A DNA stretch of 64,000 bases from Candidatus Kaiserbacteria bacterium (GCA_026713605.1 JAPOOC010000008.1:16889-80888); one strand, 5' to 3'. Positions 40,325 through 49,971 are shown, counted from the stretch's first letter. Notes: generated by a model from the letters alone, not told the origin. Program-made: numbers and translations.

Positions 40325-40987
40325 AGTGGATAGGGGGCTTACGCAACCTACTAAACTTTGCAAACTACGACCGAAGAGAACGGCTTCTTTCTCCCGCACT
40401 GGCGACAATCGCCTGTTTGCGGTTTAGGGCGAAACCCTGGTTATGGTGGAAACCATCATAGAGGCAGTGCTGTTCAATGACCGGCACATTTTGCAATTTA
40501 GATTGCGTGGCGAGTGTTGTTGCTTTGTTTGACAACAGAGTGATGCACACTTTCACCTACCTTGATCTTTCTACCGCTATAGGTAAATCTTTTCTTATGT
40601 CTTGTCTGTGGCACTGCTTTCGCGAGACACTTACTATAAGTTGTCAGCGGACGGTTTGCCCGTACCGACAGACATGTTGAAAGGGTAATGGTCATTTGAA
40701 ATTTTTGGGTCGTGGGGGATCTCAGCAAGATAGAGTTACTGGATGCACTATGTGCAACCATAACAACTGTACACGAAATGTATAGCGCTATAACTTTTTC
40801 TTGTTGTTCTTTTAAGGTGCGGTCTAACGCCGCACAATAGTACTGCACATTTCTTAGTACTGTTGTGTGCATCGTACTGAGTGCAGGATGTGTACTGCCA
40901 ATGGATCCGGCGACACATTCACGAAACGCACAATTCTAGCCCTCGGCTAACCAGATATTTTTTCTCTCGGTTTGTCGAGGGTTTTTT
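40325..40987 (+). ncRNA. Putative large ornate noncoding RNA (ROOL/GOLLD-like or novel)
   Basis: No credible ORF; more than 12 hairpins plus long-range helices found by eye; own promoter and terminator. Confidence 0.7.
40940..40987 (+). terminator. Intrinsic terminator
   Basis: CCCTCGGCTAACC ... GGTTTGTCGAGGG-TTTTTT. Confidence 0.75.
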
Positions 40988-41003
40988 CATAACTTATTTT
41001 TGT

Positions 41004-41843
41004 ATGCCTCATCCAATAGCAAAAGAAAAAATTGGCACCACTGTTTCTCGTGTGCTTGCGTATCATGAAAAAGAGCGACGATCATTTCCATGGCGGGAAA
41101 CAGTCGACCCGTACCACATTTTGATTTCGGAGTATATGTTGCAGCAAACGCAAACGGAAAGAGTGGTGCCGAAATATGTTTCTTTCATAGAAAGATTTCC
41201 AGAGATTACCTCGCTTGCCAGCGCCGCACGAAAAGAAGTGCTTGCGTTGTGGAGTGGTCTCGGCTATAATCGTCGGGCAGTTGCGTTGCACAATACGGCG
41301 AAGATGGTCGTCGCTGTGTACGATGGTGTCATGCCGAAAACAAAAGAAGCATTACTTTCCTTGCCTGGTGTTGGCGAGTATACCGCCGGTGCTGTGTTAG
41401 CATTTGCATACAATAAGCCGGTTACCATTGTTGAGACAAATATTCGCACTGTTGTGTTTCATCACTGCGTTCGAAAGAAGGGGGTGGTGAGCGATACAGT
41501 AATTAGTTATTTTGTTGAGCAGCTGCTACAAACTGCCTGTAACCGTGGAATCGCCCCTCGAATATTTTATTCCGCGATGATGGATTATGGTTCATATCTA
41601 AAATCACAAGGGGTACGAACAAATGTTCGTAGCAAGCACTACACCAAGCAGAGTAACTTTGCCGGATCTGTTCGTCAGGCGCGTGGCGCACTCCTCCGCC
41701 ATCTCATCGCTGCTGACAGAGGTGTTTCAAAGAAGCAACTACAGATGTTGCCGGTAGTGCGTATTGACGACGGACTCGCTGGATTGCTCGCTGACGGCCT
41801 TGTTGAAAAAAGAGGGAAGTACTACTACTTGAAGGATGCGTAG
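41004..41843 (+). CDS. mutY: A/G-specific adenine glycosylase (short, no Fe-S motif)
   Basis: FPWRE, SEYMLQQTQ, WSGLGYNRRA, LPGVGEYTA. Confidence 0.9.
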   Translation: MPHPIAKEKIGTTVSRVLAYHEKERRSFPWRETVDPYHILISEYMLQQTQTERVVPKYVSFIERFPEITSLASAARKEVLALWSGLGYNRRAVALHNTAKMVVAVYDGVMPKTKEALLSLPGVGEYTAGAVLAFAYNKPVTIVETNIRTVVFHHCVRKKGVVSDTVISYFVEQLLQTACNRGIAPRIFYSAMMDYGSYLKSQGVRTNVRSKHYTKQSNFAGSVRQARGALLRHLIAADRGVSKKQLQMLPVVRIDDGLAGLLADGLVEKRGKYYYLKDA

Positions 41844-41847
41844 TGTG

Positions 41848-42351
41848 TTATATTTTTCTGCTGTCGTATGCCCAGTGCAACACTGCTTGGCGCTGTCTTT
41901 TTCTACACTCTAAATCTTTGGTGGCGCAGTTGTTTTGTACTGCTGTTATATGCCGTTTCATATTTTTCCAGCGTTTGATTTGGCGGACATCATCCTCATG
42001 TCGCCTGCCCACATAGTAGCGACAGTACCACTGAAACCATCCACGCGGATCATCTTTGTGGAGCCAACCCTTTTCTTTCCAGTGCTTGAGCGGCATAGAA
42101 GCATGTACTTTGAAATAGTTGAGATTTTTATCCCGTTCCCCATCAGCAACTTTTGCCTTTTTGAACCAACTTTTTGGAAATTCGTCTGTGTAGCCATCAA
42201 AATACATACCGCCGAAAACCCCCAGCTCAAGCATCTGTTTTGGAGAAAGTTGTGGCTTGAAGTCAGTGGCGAAGTGTTTACCTGCGGGCTCGGTGCATGT
42301 GTAGCTGTACCCTTTCTGCATCTTGTCACTTGTTTTGATTTTTTTGCGCAT
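41848..42351 (-). CDS. Conserved protein of unknown function
   Basis: LGVFGG.YF, DPRGWFQWYCRYY.GRR, RQIKRW, RQAVLHWAYD. Confidence 0.85.
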   Translation of the reverse strand: MRKKIKTSDKMQKGYSYTCTEPAGKHFATDFKPQLSPKQMLELGVFGGMYFDGYTDEFPKSWFKKAKVADGERDKNLNYFKVHASMPLKHWKEKGWLHKDDPRGWFQWYCRYYVGRRHEDDVRQIKRWKNMKRHITAVQNNCATKDLECRKRQRQAVLHWAYDSRKI

Positions 42352-42392
42352 AATCCTTATGGGAAATTATACCTTGTCTGTTGACTGCAATA

Positions 42393-42422
42393 GCCCCCAA
42401 TCATATTCATATGATTGGGGGC
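42393..42422. terminator. Hairpin terminator
   Basis: GCCCCCAATCATA-TTCA-TATGATTGGGGGC. Confidence 0.7.
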
Positions 42423-42444
42423 CGTTTTGTTTCCAGACCTGGTT

Positions 42445-42849
42445 TTACGGGTAGCGGGTTATCTCGACCCTGCCATCTCCGTTTATCTCCGGTCCTTCGT
42501 CTCCCTCTCTGAAAAGTGTGAGGTGCAGAGTGCCTTCTTTGGCGAAAATCTCTGATACCTCACCGCGGTCGGTTATCTCGACGGTACCGTTGCTCACTGA
42601 GACCTGGGTAAGACCGGTGCTGAAGAAGGTTCTGCCTTCGTGCACCCTTGCGTTAAAGAATGGTTTTTCGTCTTCAAGGTGGTACACATCTACCACCCTG
42701 TTATCGAAATATATGGCAAGCCCTTTACCCTCAATCTCTTCTTTTTCTTCAGGATCACTTTTTTTGAGGTGATTCCCAAACAAAATTCCTATAACTAATA
42801 TGACCGTGATGCCTATGACTGCCACTGTGGCATTCTTTTCCATTTTCAT
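42445..42849 (-). CDS. Membrane-anchored hypothetical protein
   Basis: N-terminal TM, beta-rich domain, AAGGAG upstream. Confidence 0.7.
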   Translation of the reverse strand: MKMEKNATVAVIGITVILVIGILFGNHLKKSDPEEKEEIEGKGLAIYFDNRVVDVYHLEDEKPFFNARVHEGRTFFSTGLTQVSVSNGTVEITDRGEVSEIFAKEGTLHLTLFREGDEGPEINGDGRVEITRYP

Positions 42850-43137
42850 TTCCTCATTCTCCTTGTTTGGCTAAAGGTCAGGTGAAGGGTTGCGTGTCCT
42901 CAACTTCATTTCTCATTATAGCATATGTTTATTTGTATATCAGTGTGTTTTGGCCTTTTTATTATCCGTTTAATTTTTTGATTAGTTTTCTGTTTAAGAT
43001 GGTTGACCACTTTTCTCCTGTATTTAAGTTCAAAAGATAAATGCAACACTGGTCACATTATTCAGTAAATACAAACACTGATACTGCAGATACTCGGGTT
43101 GCTTGAATAGGCAGCATCATATCTGGTGTGAGAGGGT

Positions 43138-43548
43138 TTAGAGTAGATCTTTATACTCCAGAAAATTTTTCTTGACAAGTGTTTTCCATGCATCAGTTTC
43201 ACCGCCGGAACCTGATAGATGACTTTTGTGATAAACAAGCAGCACAATGACCTGTTTCTCAGCTGCGCACATCGCAACAATACACCTGTTGCCCGATCCG
43301 TGTCGTGACTGAGTGGTTTTAGCAACACGGAACTCGGTTTTGCAGATTTTAATACCTCGCTTGTCGATGATCATTCTTGCCACCCCTCTCTCAAGAAGTG
43401 TATCAAACATTCTGAAACTTCTTTCTATAGATGTCTGTGTTTTATCCCATGCGTCTTTATACTTTTTTCTAAATTTTTTGACATAGTGTTTCTCAGAAAA
43501 CGGTGTGAAAGAAACAGCATACTCGGCATTGCTATTGTTAGTAGACAT
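43138..43548 (-). CDS. Putative toxin (RelE/ParE-like) of a Panacea TA pair
   Basis: Basic 136 aa overlapping the antitoxin stop; KKFRKKY, SGNRCIV, LLVYHK. Confidence 0.7.
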   Translation of the reverse strand: MSTNNSNAEYAVSFTPFSEKHYVKKFRKKYKDAWDKTQTSIERSFRMFDTLLERGVARMIIDKRGIKICKTEFRVAKTTQSRHGSGNRCIVAMCAAEKQVIVLLVYHKSHLSGSGGETDAWKTLVKKNFLEYKDLL

Positions 43549-44230
43549 ATTTCGGATCCTCCTGAATGATCAATTCATATGGAATAATCTCATTTTCCTT
43601 GCAGAATGTGTATGGTATTTGTTGATGAGTGAAGTCAACGATTTCTTTTGTCCGTTTGTTTTTCCACTTTTTTGAGATATCGGTAATAAGCTTTTCTTCC
43701 TCACGGGAAAGTATTGCGGTTGATTCTCGCTCTCCTCCCTTCTTTTGAGATATAAGTAGTGCTCCGTCATCTGTTTTTTCTATGTCAATTTTACCCGCTT
43801 CATATAGCTCGTCCACGACCCGAAAGTATGTGTCAGGTACCGGTCCGTATGCTATCTTTCGATACTGCATACCACTCATGCTTTCTAAGTGATCATAATA
43901 CCATGCAAAATCTGCAAGGTAGAGCAGTTTTGCAAGTTTGGTCTTTGGCACCCTGCCATCTCTTGAAAGATTGTTTCGTAAAAAAGCGAAGAGCATTTGT
44001 TTGTATTTTTCAAAATTTGGTTTTTCTCCACCTAAAAAATCATTAACAGATACGCCGAGAATGTCGGCAAGTTTTTTTGCTTCTGTAAGTTTCGGGTCCC
44101 GCACCCCTTTTTCAAGTGCGATATATGAGGCGCGGGAAATGTTTAATTTGTCAGCAATTTCCCGTTGCGAAAACTTCCTTTGCATGCGCACATCTTTTAT
44201 GGTTGAGTTGTTGCTGTTTTTGTTATTCAT
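43538..44230 (-). CDS. XRE-HTH + Panacea (DUF4065/SocA) antitoxin
   Basis: SQREIADKLNISRASYIALEKG; KTKLAKLLYLADF, YGPVP, THQQ.P. Confidence 0.88.
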   Translation of the reverse strand: MNNKNSNNSTIKDVRMQRKFSQREIADKLNISRASYIALEKGVRDPKLTEAKKLADILGVSVNDFLGGEKPNFEKYKQMLFAFLRNNLSRDGRVPKTKLAKLLYLADFAWYYDHLESMSGMQYRKIAYGPVPDTYFRVVDELYEAGKIDIEKTDDGALLISQKKGGERESTAILSREEEKLITDISKKWKNKRTKEIVDFTHQQIPYTFCKENEIIPYELIIQEDPKYVY

Positions 44231-44705
44231 GCCGTTGTTATTACTTACAGCATATCTCCCTGATAAAAAATGTCAATAAAGTTGTACACAGCGTGTCTGT
44301 TTTTTGATATTAAAAGTGCCGGTAAGACCGCTCGTAAAGCAGATTTGGACACATCACGCTGTTGTGTGGTGTGTCTTTGTATTGTGTGGTGGTCTTAACA
44401 CTGTTTTACTCAAACTTGAGCAGGAGTGTGACGATACTTCGCACGCTCCACCCGCCAACACGCCCTAACCCATCCCATACGCTCCAAAACTACAGTAAAC
44501 ACCTTCACCAAGTCGCTCCGCTTACTCCGGACTCGTGTTTCACTTCGTTACACACCAGATCTTCCGTGCGCTCCGATCCCGCGCCAATCTTTGCCCACAT
44601 TCTCTTTTGCCTTTTAAGCGAGCGCAGTCGCATTTGCCATTTTTGCTGTTCTAGTAAGTTTTATATCTAATGTCAAAAGTGTTTTACAAGAGCGCTCCAC
44701 CGCTT

Positions 44706-45161
44706 CTAAAATAACAGTTCTATCTTTTTTGAAAACATGCCGTTTTCTGGTATTTCATTATCCGCTCTCTTTGATAGTTCATATGCTTTTTTTATTTCAG
44801 TTTTACTCCTCTGCTTTAACACACTGTCAGTGTGACTATGCAGCATATCAAAAAAGTACATCATTGTTTGTTCACGGTTTTTCTTTCTCAGAGCTAATTC
44901 TTCATAGGTTTGTTGTGATACAACAAACTCTAGCCATCCGTATGCATTGGAAATAAGGTGCGAAAAAAGATGGCTCATGCACCCAAAATCTTTCATCAAA
45001 TGCTCCAGGTTTTTCTCTTGTACAAAGGTTAAGAAATCGTCATCCGCACCGTTCTTAAAAAAATAATTACCCCAATCTGCCAGGTGGGACATTATGTTTG
45101 AATCTAAGTACATAAACCTGCAATCCGGTTTGCCGAAACATGAACCTAAATATGTAAGCAT
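44706..45161 (-). CDS. Possible truncated PIN-domain protein
   Basis: YLDSNI and VVSQQTYEEL resemble the PIN N-terminal motifs; later acidic residues not seen. Confidence 0.45.
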   Translation of the reverse strand: MLTYLGSCFGKPDCRFMYLDSNIMSHLADWGNYFFKNGADDDFLTFVQEKNLEHLMKDFGCMSHLFSHLISNAYGWLEFVVSQQTYEELALRKKNREQTMMYFFDMLHSHTDSVLKQRSKTEIKKAYELSKRADNEIPENGMFSKKIELLF

Positions 45162-45300
45162 ATCATTATGGTAGCAAATTACCTCTTACTTTGGTATATC
45201 ATTTCCCTGTATTAAACAGAAACACTATATTTATTACCACAGTACTATATTTAGTATATAATGTTGCTATTTTCAAAAGCATCTGCTACAATACGAGCGT

Positions 45301-45525
45301 ATGGAGAAATCCAAGGAAAAACAGGAACGATTCAGACGGCTGGCGACGGCACGCACAAACTCCGTATTGAAAACACTCAATACGCTTGGACATTGTTCCA
45401 ACAGAAGTGCCTACCATTACTCTGAGGAGGAGGTGAAAAAAATATTCTCTGAGATTGAGAACGCTGTAAGAGGTGTTAAGAGTAAATTCCATTATCCGAG
45501 AAATAATAAAAAGTTCAGTTTATGA
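45301..45525 (+). CDS. Small basic helical protein, coupled (ATGA overlap) to the next gene
   Basis: RFRRLATARTN..LGHCSNRSAYHYSEEEVKKIF. Confidence 0.8.
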   Translation: MEKSKEKQERFRRLATARTNSVLKTLNTLGHCSNRSAYHYSEEEVKKIFSEIENAVRGVKSKFHYPRNNKKFSL

Positions 45526-48077
45526 ATCACAGGAAAAATAAAAAAATACTTTTAGACTTACTCAAATGTCAAACTTCTGAAGAACTTGAAAAGATTATTC
45601 AGAAAGAACGCCTTGATAAGGAAGCGTGGATTCCTTATGGTGGACGCTCAAACAATGTAGGAACAGTAGAAGGACAAATGAGGGAAGCAGAAAACGCATT
45701 GATGGAGAAAGTTACAAATTCAATTGACGCAATTCTGATGAGAAGATGTTATGAGGAAGGGATTGATCCTTATGATAAAAGTGTTGCACCAAAAACAGTA
45801 GATGAAGCAGTTGAGCGCTTCTTTGGAGGCAGAGAAAAAATTAGGGAAAAAAGATCAGAGTTTGCCAAAGAATGGTTGCGTATTACTGCTGAAGGAAAAA
45901 AAGACAGACCAACAATAACAATTGTAGATAAAGGTGAAGGGCAAGAGCCAAACATGATTAAAAAAACCATCCTTAGCCTTAATGAAAATACAAAAGAAAG
46001 AATTCCTTTTGTATACGGAACATATAATCAGGGTGGTTCAAGCCCTCTTGGTTTTGCAGGAGCGCCTGAAAAATATGATTTTAATTATCTCCAACTTGTT
46101 TTGTGTCGCAGCTCTCTAAAAAATGGAGATAAAAAAGATGGTAATCACGACCACTTTGGTTTTACGGTTGTGCGAATGCGCTTTGATGAAAGTTCAGAAA
46201 AATATGTTTATGAATATCTTGTCGAGAAAGATACAGAAAATATTTTTTCTTTTCCTATGGATGAGGTGATAAAAATAGATGATTATAAATTTGAGGAGGG
46301 TTGTGTAATTAAATTATATGATTATCAGCTTGCAAAAGGAGGGAATATTATTTTTCGTGGCTTTAATGAATTTATTGAAAAGAAACTTCCCAATTCTCCT
46401 TTACCAATTTACTTAAAAGAATTACGAAATTATAAAGGTGATGATAACTATACAATATTTGGATTAAAAGAAAAACTGATTAGAAGAAAAGATATACTGC
46501 GGAGTGGATACCCCCAAGCACTTCCTATTGACCTTGGTGAGATTGGCAAAAAAGAGATAAATCTTTTTATATTAAAACACAAGGCAGAGGCTGAAGGAGG
46601 GGAAATCAAATCGTACTTAGATATGTCTGAACGAGTTTTCTTCATAAAGGATGGGCTTGTTTTGCATGCGGAAACTAAATCTTGGCTTAAAAATGAATGT
46701 GGTTTAATTGATCTGTCTCCATATGTTATAGCATTTATTGATATTTCAACAATTAGTCCTGCAGTTGCCAAAATGCTTCATTCAGGAAGAGAAAAATTTA
46801 AGAACAATGCGACAACAAAGACAACTCTTAATAGATTAAAGGTATTCTTTTCCGGTGAAGATTTTAAAGACCTTGATAAAGAATACGGGAGACTGGGACT
46901 AAACTCGGATACTAAAATTGAAGATAGGGATATCAAAAAAGCAATACTAAAAGAAGTTGAAAACCAACCGAAATTAAAAGAACTTTTTAATATCGGAGTT
47001 GATTTTCCTGTTAAAAAAGGGCAAACATATACGCCACCAAAGATTGACTCGAAATATCAGGGAACATATCTCCCTGAAAAATTTAATCTTCTGGGCACAA
47101 ATCCACGAGAAATTGAAGAAAATTCATATTGTAGAATATCCTTTGATACCGGTGCTGATACGGATTTGTTTGAACGGCAAGAGGATAGAGGTGAGTATGA
47201 TTGGGAAAAATCAGAAAATTTTGACATTACTTTTTTATCGTTTAGAAATGGAATAACCACCTTTCGTGTAGATCCAAAAGAAAAAACAAAGCCACCTGAA
47301 GAAGAAGCATTGATTTTTTCTCTTAGTGTACCGTCCAAAGACATTGAATTAACAAGAACAATTAATATTTTATATAAAGAAAAAGTTCCCTATAACGGAA
47401 AGAGATTTCCAACATTTTTTAAACCACCTGAAGAGGTGAAAATTGTAATAGGAAAAAAGACATCCTTGCGCATAAAAACAGATGCGGATAATGATTATAT
47501 CAGTCGAGATGAAGCCCCTGGTACCATAATTTTTAAAAAACATAATGATCTTGACAACAGTACACCAAAACTTAAGGATGGAATTCTTTCTATTCAAATG
47601 CAATACACAGGAAAGGAAATAAAAAAAGTAGAAAATATAGACATAACCGTAAAAGATAGGGAGAAACACTTTGATTTCTCATTACCGGTAAAAATTATTC
47701 GAGACAAAAATAATCCAGAGGTAGATTTGCCGGAGATAGAAGTGGTAGATAAAACAAAATGGCAGCATCATACCCCAGAATGGGATCAAGAGGTTATCGC
47801 CAGAATTCCATCTTGGACAGAGTTGAAAAAAATCAGAATCAATACTGATTCTGATCCGTTTGAAGATTTGCGAGAGATACCTGGCGAACAAAGAGAAATT
47901 GCAAAGACTCTTCTGATAAAGAAGATTTACAGGGATTCAATTTGGATGTTTCTTGAGTTTAGGGATCTTAATCTCACTAGTGATAGCGATCGAGATGAAA
48001 GAGATATTGTTTTTGAGAAATCAATTCGTGCTGCATCAAAGATAACAATTCAGGATATCAAAAAATTAATTCGTTAA
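45522..48077 (+). CDS. GHKL (MORC/Hsp90-like) ATPase with duplicated beta-rich domains
   Basis: EKVTNSIDA, IVDKGEG, GTYNQGG Bergerat-like boxes; low GC. Confidence 0.8.
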   Translation: MNHRKNKKILLDLLKCQTSEELEKIIQKERLDKEAWIPYGGRSNNVGTVEGQMREAENALMEKVTNSIDAILMRRCYEEGIDPYDKSVAPKTVDEAVERFFGGREKIREKRSEFAKEWLRITAEGKKDRPTITIVDKGEGQEPNMIKKTILSLNENTKERIPFVYGTYNQGGSSPLGFAGAPEKYDFNYLQLVLCRSSLKNGDKKDGNHDHFGFTVVRMRFDESSEKYVYEYLVEKDTENIFSFPMDEVIKIDDYKFEEGCVIKLYDYQLAKGGNIIFRGFNEFIEKKLPNSPLPIYLKELRNYKGDDNYTIFGLKEKLIRRKDILRSGYPQALPIDLGEIGKKEINLFILKHKAEAEGGEIKSYLDMSERVFFIKDGLVLHAETKSWLKNECGLIDLSPYVIAFIDISTISPAVAKMLHSGREKFKNNATTKTTLNRLKVFFSGEDFKDLDKEYGRLGLNSDTKIEDRDIKKAILKEVENQPKLKELFNIGVDFPVKKGQTYTPPKIDSKYQGTYLPEKFNLLGTNPREIEENSYCRISFDTGADTDLFERQEDRGEYDWEKSENFDITFLSFRNGITTFRVDPKEKTKPPEEEALIFSLSVPSKDIELTRTINILYKEKVPYNGKRFPTFFKPPEEVKIVIGKKTSLRIKTDADNDYISRDEAPGTIIFKKHNDLDNSTPKLKDGILSIQMQYTGKEIKKVENIDITVKDREKHFDFSLPVKIIRDKNNPEVDLPEIEVVDKTKWQHHTPEWDQEVIARIPSWTELKKIRINTDSDPFEDLREIPGEQREIAKTLLIKKIYRDSIWMFLEFRDLNLTSDSDRDERDIVFEKSIRAASKITIQDIKKLIR

Positions 48078-49378
48078 ATTTTTTCCATCACCACGATATA
48101 TTCATATTCGTACGCTCTTATCTTTGAAGGATTATCTTTTCCTGTAAATTTTCCTGTCTCTATGTCGCGCCATGGAGTTATCATTTTATTGGGAATTTCT
48201 CGTTTAATAAACCTAACCTTTTCAAATCCGGCATGTTGCATTTGCTCTGCAGCGACTTGTGCATTAAGTATGGCAACACCTCGTAAATTAGTATTACCAA
48301 TAATAATACATGCCTTGCCATCTTTTTTAAGAATACGATACATTTCTCCAAAAACTTTTTTCATATCCAAGAAATAATTCGCAACATCTGTTGCGAGTGA
48401 TTGATTAACCTGTGATAAGTCATTTACAATTGATTTTGCAATGGTACTATTGAATTCTCCGGTTTTTCTTCTCTTTGAACTTGTACCAATAAAGTTTCTA
48501 CGAAAGTCAATAAATTCATCACTAAACCTGCTCCATCCTTTAAAGTGTTTTGGATCATTACCAAACCAAAGCAAAGATAGTTGATGTAAATCAGCGTATT
48601 CATATGAAGTAACATATGGGGGTGAAGTGATAATTAGGTCAACACAGCCGGATTCAAGAGGAAGTTTTTTTGTAGAATCTCTACGATACATTTTTGCAGA
48701 AACTTTTTCATTGCCGGATTCAACAAGTTCAGAATAAAACTTCTCATTTTTCTTAATCATTGAGTCAAGGTGGCGTAAAAATGATTCTTTTACATTAGGG
48801 ATATCTTTATCCTTGTCTATCGTTGGTTTAATACTCTTCATCAACCAGCGTGAACAATTCTTAAGATTGTGTGAAAAAGCACAAAGAAAAAAACGCCTGA
48901 CATTATGGTTTTTTATTTTCTTGATTGCAAAATAAATCCTTTCTAACTCTTGAGCCGTTTTTTCGTCAAACCAATAATTGATTCGCCCGTGTCTATCTGA
49001 AAAGGTTAAAGGAGTGCTTTTATAATATGTTAAAAACTTGTCTTTGTAATTGGTTAGCGTTTTAGGTTTAATAGGGGTAGTTTTTGTTTGAGTTATAAGT
49101 TTTGCAATGGGGTTTATATCAAAACCAATACTTTTGTGACCCAACATTTTTGCCTCCACCAGGGTCGTGCCGCAACCACCAAAAAGATCACATATAATCT
49201 GCTCATCATTAGGTGCATAATCTTTTATTAATTTTTGTACAATTTGGGGGATAAATTTTGCAGGGTAACGGTGATAACTGTGAGTAAAAGCCGTTGTTTC
49301 TGATCTCCCCACATCACGGAAAGACCAATTTTTTCTTGGTTTTAATTTTTTAAAAGATTGTTGAAGAGAGGTAAGCAC
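48074..49378 (-). CDS. DNA methyltransferase, N4-cytosine type (alpha motif order)
   Basis: HRYPAKFIP, DLFGGCGTT before ITSPPY. Confidence 0.92.
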   Translation of the reverse strand: MLTSLQQSFKKLKPRKNWSFRDVGRSETTAFTHSYHRYPAKFIPQIVQKLIKDYAPNDEQIICDLFGGCGTTLVEAKMLGHKSIGFDINPIAKLITQTKTTPIKPKTLTNYKDKFLTYYKSTPLTFSDRHGRINYWFDEKTAQELERIYFAIKKIKNHNVRRFFLCAFSHNLKNCSRWLMKSIKPTIDKDKDIPNVKESFLRHLDSMIKKNEKFYSELVESGNEKVSAKMYRRDSTKKLPLESGCVDLIITSPPYVTSYEYADLHQLSLLWFGNDPKHFKGWSRFSDEFIDFRRNFIGTSSKRRKTGEFNSTIAKSIVNDLSQVNQSLATDVANYFLDMKKVFGEMYRILKKDGKACIIIGNTNLRGVAILNAQVAAEQMQHAGFEKVRFIKREIPNKMITPWRDIETGKFTGKDNPSKIRAYEYEYIVVMEKI

Positions 49379-49592
49379 AAGTTTTACATGAACATAACTA
49401 TTATACCAAAATTATAATAATCCGCCGGGCGAAGGAAATCCGCCGTTTCCGCAAGGCAGGCAAGCGGAAACTTGACGGATTGCAAGAGTTCTCTCGCCCC
49501 ATCTCACCCATCATTTTCTTTTGCCTTTCAGGTGCACTTGTCGTAGGACTGGTGCTGGTGAAAGGTGGTGAAGTAATGAATGGTTTGTGTAG

Positions 49593-49667
49593 TGGACCCG
49601 ACAGGGCTCGAACCTGCGACCTCCGGAGTGCAAAACCGGTGCTCTAAGCCAACTGAGCTACGGGCCC
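49593..49667 (-). tRNA. tRNA-Ala(TGC)
   Basis: GGGCCCG/CGGGTCC with G3-U70; TTTGCAC loop. Confidence 0.95.
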
Positions 49668-49722
49668 AACATAGGTCAGTATACTACATGGCAATATAAT
49701 TGTGTAGTATACTTAGTGTACT

Positions 49723-49968
49723 ATGGGAATAAAAGGATTTTTGACTAAAAAAATGCTAGAAAATCAACTGAAGCATATGCCGGAAGAGCAGCGGAAGGTG
49801 TTTCTGCGTATGTTTGAAGAAAACCCAGATTTGTTTGAAAAAATTGCGAAGGAGGTAAAGGAGAAAAAGAAGAGTGGGCAAGATGAGATGCTCGCCGCTG
49901 CGTCGGTGATGCGGAAGTATCAACCGCAGATGCAGGAGTTGTTGAAAAAAATGGGGCATACTACCTAA
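49723..49968 (+). CDS. Small helical hypothetical protein
   Basis: ENPDLFEKIAKE..GQDEMLAA..VMRKY; TATACT promoter upstream. Confidence 0.8.
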   Translation: MGIKGFLTKKMLENQLKHMPEEQRKVFLRMFEENPDLFEKIAKEVKEKKKSGQDEMLAAASVMRKYQPQMQELLKKMGHTT

Positions 49969-49971
49969 TGT

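Noticed and set aside
40325-40987. tmRNA (short frame GDNRLFAV* at about 40401-40427)
   Set aside because: No tRNA-like acceptor or T-arm (GGTTCGA..CC..CCA) found; the frame lies inside a stable hairpin
40325-40987. RNase P RNA or group I/II intron (AAGATAGAGT resembles a group I S element)
   Set aside because: No GAGGAAAGTCC or CR-V motif on either strand, no matching R element or domain V, and no interrupted host gene
40230-41003. Track ORFs 40230-40427, 40477-40680, 40498-40872 and the 40881 extension of mutY
   Set aside because: No recognisable motifs; they cross the promoter, hairpins or terminator
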